A DNA stretch of 63,522 nucleotides, counting the filler, from Folioceros fuciformis (lineage: Eukaryota): NCBI GenBank assembly GCA_049999805.1. It is 6 parts of 6 records of this genome, joined end to end, with 100 filler letters (N's around TTAATTAATTAA, not from the genome) between each part and the next. Parts side by side here need not be neighbours in the genome. Positions count along the whole stretch, not along the records: positions 60,311 to 63,522 come from JBNGIO010005167.1; 5 more parts are not named here. The stretch is one strand, 5' to 3'. Every line of letters begins with the position of its first letter. The stretch's first letter is position 1. Made by a program: the position numbers and the translations under genes. The notes beneath the pieces were generated by a model. That model ran no database searches and was not told where the DNA came from. It worked only from the letters and a program-made list of their open reading frames with translations. Positions 60,953 through 63,522 of the stretch are shown piece after piece.

Positions 60953-62150
60953 ACTATTGCTTTATTCTATCACTATGGCCACCTCCCAAAATGTGGCACC
61001 CATTCCCATCATCAATTGTATGAATGCGACATCTAATTTTAAGGAGAAGGACCGTTTCGACAGCACTAAGTTTGAAATATGGTCCAAACGTATGCGTTCT
61101 GTCTTGAATACCAGATATCTACTTGGCATAGTTGATGGGATTGTCCTCAAGCCCAATGGACCCTCGCCAGCCCTCGACTCTTAGTTGAAAGGCGACAAGC
61201 TTGCTATGCATATCCTTATCTCGGGCTTAGATGAAGTCACTCTTCATTATATTGATGGCGCTACTACTGCTGTAGAGGCTTGGCGGCATGAAGTAGATAT
61301 TTTTCAATCTACCAATGTTATGACATTAGTAACAGTGCGTAATGAATCTTATTCCTTATGCATGCATAATAATGAGAGCATTGGTACTTATGTTGGGAAG
61401 TTTCGTTATCTTCAGGCATAGCTTGCTGCTTTAGGCACCCCTTTAACTGAATCTGAAGCTTGTGTCCAACTGCTTGCCTCCCTTCCCACTAGCTATCAAG
61501 CATTTGTGTCCTCCCTAAATAGCACTATTCGAGAGGCTCATCAAGCGATAACGTCTGGCCGCACACCCAACATTACCATCTCAAAAATTGTTGGCGCACT
61601 CCTGCAAGAAGAGGCTTCTCGTTTCAATGCCTGAACCTCAAAGCATGGTGGTGAAAGAGTTTTGTTTGTTAGCAAAGGCCGTCAAAGACACCAGCCTCAG
61701 CAGCAACATCGTCCTCCTCCACCTGATAAACGACAAACTTTGGTTCCTTCTCATGGCTCTTTCTTACCCGAGCCTAATGATTTCGGCCGCAAGCCCGGTA
61801 CTTGCAACTCGTGCCAGATTCCAGGCCATTAGGAGCCTGATTGCCATAAGGAGAAAGCTGGCGAGCCTCGCCGTCCTCCTAAGTCTGCCAATATGGCCTC
61901 AACCTCCAATCAGATTAAGTTCGATATAGCCCTCACGGTCTTCTTGGTCACTTTCGAATACAAGACCTCTTGGCTATTGGATTCAGCTGCCTCCACACAT
62001 ATATGTTGTCATCACCATATGTTCTCTAAATATCTCTCTATCGAAGCTCACTGCTTTGTTCTTTTGAGCAACGACTTCAGCTTTACTTTTGCAGGCATTA
62101 GCACTGCTACTTTTACTCTTGAAGATGGTTCTGTCCTTCTTTTACGTGAT
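60953..62150 (+). mobile_element. Copia element I fragment (gag, zinc knuckle, protease)
   Basis: FKEKDRFD..W.KRM, CNSCQIPGH, WLLDSAASTHIC; several stops. Confidence 0.85.
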
Positions 62151-62184
62151 TTGGACGTGACATCTTCTATTGGACTCTCACATG

Positions 62185-63081
62185 TATAGGAGGGTGTTGC
62201 TGAGACAAGATTTTGAGGAGATTAAGTATGATCTACAAGAGCTTATAAAGTTGGATGCAATGCAATTTGGATCAAGGGCTCACAAACTTCATTGTTTTTG
62301 GAACAACACGATGCCTAAGCATTTGTTGCAAATACATGCAAATCAGTGCCAAAGGAGTGAGGAGTTTATAATGGATCAAATTTTGGAAGAAGGCGTGCAA
62401 GTAGGCAGGTGGTTTTAGATGATAGACATCCTTTTTATTGTGTAATAAAAAGGGTGAGCTTAGAAGGGCATTACTGACATTTGTCAACTTTGAAAACGCT
62501 AATGCATTCAAATGAGATGGACCTGAAATGGTATTTGACAGCACAAAGAATGTGTGGGATGTTCCGTCACCTAGGGAGAGAAAGGGCAATGGGCTTTGAT
62601 ACAAATTCCACTTATGTGGAGGTTATAACAAGCGAACAAAGAAATAAAAAGCATGGGCACGCTAAGGATTTGAATACTATTAAGTGGCTTACGAGTCAAT
62701 AAAGGTTTATGAGGAGTGGAAGCAAAAATGGAAAGTTATACAGAGTGCAAGATTTAAAAAGGAAGGCTCAAGCGAGGGCAATAAACTAGAAATAGGGGGG
62801 GAGGTCAAAAGGATTAGGGAAGCTAGTGACATGTTTGATGATAATCATAAAGGAAATAAGCAAATGAGGATTAGTGAAGAGGCTGGGGAAGTTGGAGGTG
62901 TGACCAAGAGTTGTGTTGGGTTGGTCGATGATGTAAATGTTTGTGAGAAACAAGAGCATGTGGAATTTCAATGGGATATTTTGGAGGAGATGGGTGTTAA
63001 GGATAAAGAAGATTTTGCAAAGATTTTAGATGATAGGAGAAAGGTGTTTGCCTTTTCCAATAAGGAATTGGGTAGACACAA
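62185..63081 (+). pseudogene. DNMT3-like C5 cytosine methyltransferase C-terminus followed by a gypsy-type pre-RT linker
   Basis: LDAMQFGSRAHKLHCFWNN (motif VIII-like); DQILEEG; ERERAMGF..ST..ITSEQR...G.AKDLNTIKWL (motif IX/X-like); then WDI..KEDFAKILDD..VFAFSNKELG. Frameshifted. Confidence 0.7.
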
Positions 63082-63522
63082 TGTTGAGATGTCACCCCCG
63101 CCATGCTCAAAGGAGGTTAAAACTGTTGAGATGTCACCCCCGCCATGCTCAAAGGAGGTTAAAACAAGTTAGTTGAAGCAAGATGCAGAATCCCAAAATA
63201 AGAGCACTATAACAAGGCTCTTCAACTCAAATAAAAAGGAGAATTACAAAAACAACACAATACAAGTGAAAAGGGAGTTAGACTACATATACTAGGTGGG
63301 TTCATCCCTTCTTTTATGGACCTATGGGTGGCACTCTCATTTCGTGCCCAATATGGGATAAATGACCCCAAACCCTACAATACTTCTTTTGCCTAACATA
63401 GCAAAGTCTAACAAGCTATATATATATATTAATCATAACCTTAATCACTCTTACCACTAATTAGTACAAACTCAATAAGCTGCATTAGAACTAATTAATC
63501 TCAACATTAATCATGCTTAACA
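63082..63522 (-). mobile_element. LTR family X full copy (63124-63522) with a tandem duplication of its terminal 42 bp (63082-63123)
   Basis: Reverse complement of 13033-13437; TGTTGAGATGTCACCCCCGCCATGCTCAAAGGAGGTTAAAAC occurs twice. Confidence 0.93.

Noticed and set aside
62185-62700. Host DRM/DNMT3 gene or bacterial contamination as the source of the methyltransferase motifs
   Set aside because: No introns or host-type flanking domains, runs into a pol-like linker, and is embedded among plant TEs with TE-like decay. Not formally excluded without a search.
1-63522. The two window-edge LTR X copies as the paired LTRs of one giant element
   Set aside because: Opposite orientations, no PBS, and host genes and five gaps lie between them.

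Overview
Repeat-rich plant (streptophyte, probably non-seed) nuclear DNA, made of six contigs joined by five artificial 100-nt gaps (N44-TTAATTAATTAA-N44). There are two reconstructable host genes. One is a 10-exon CBE1-like eIF4E-binding protein (3891-9543, minus strand, about 1419 aa). The other is a 5-exon CYP71-clan cytochrome P450 (40655-42736, minus strand). The rest is mostly nested, decayed Ty1/copia LTR retrotransposons (my labels A-J) and solo LTRs. There is also a PIF/Harbinger element with an internal 179-bp tandem array, a CRE/R2-type restriction-like-endonuclease retroelement fragment, an intronless SEC6 fragment and several tandem arrays. Most notable: (1) a DNMT3-like cytosine methyltransferase C-terminal domain reading into a gypsy-type pol linker (62185-63081); (2) an extra 145-200 aa ORF (usually basic N-terminus, coiled-coil C-terminus) between the PBS and gag in several distinct copia families, one overlapping the gag start as TGATG; (3) several non-TG..CA LTR termini (TA..TA, AG..CT, TG..CT). 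All identifications are by eye from motifs; no database search was run.
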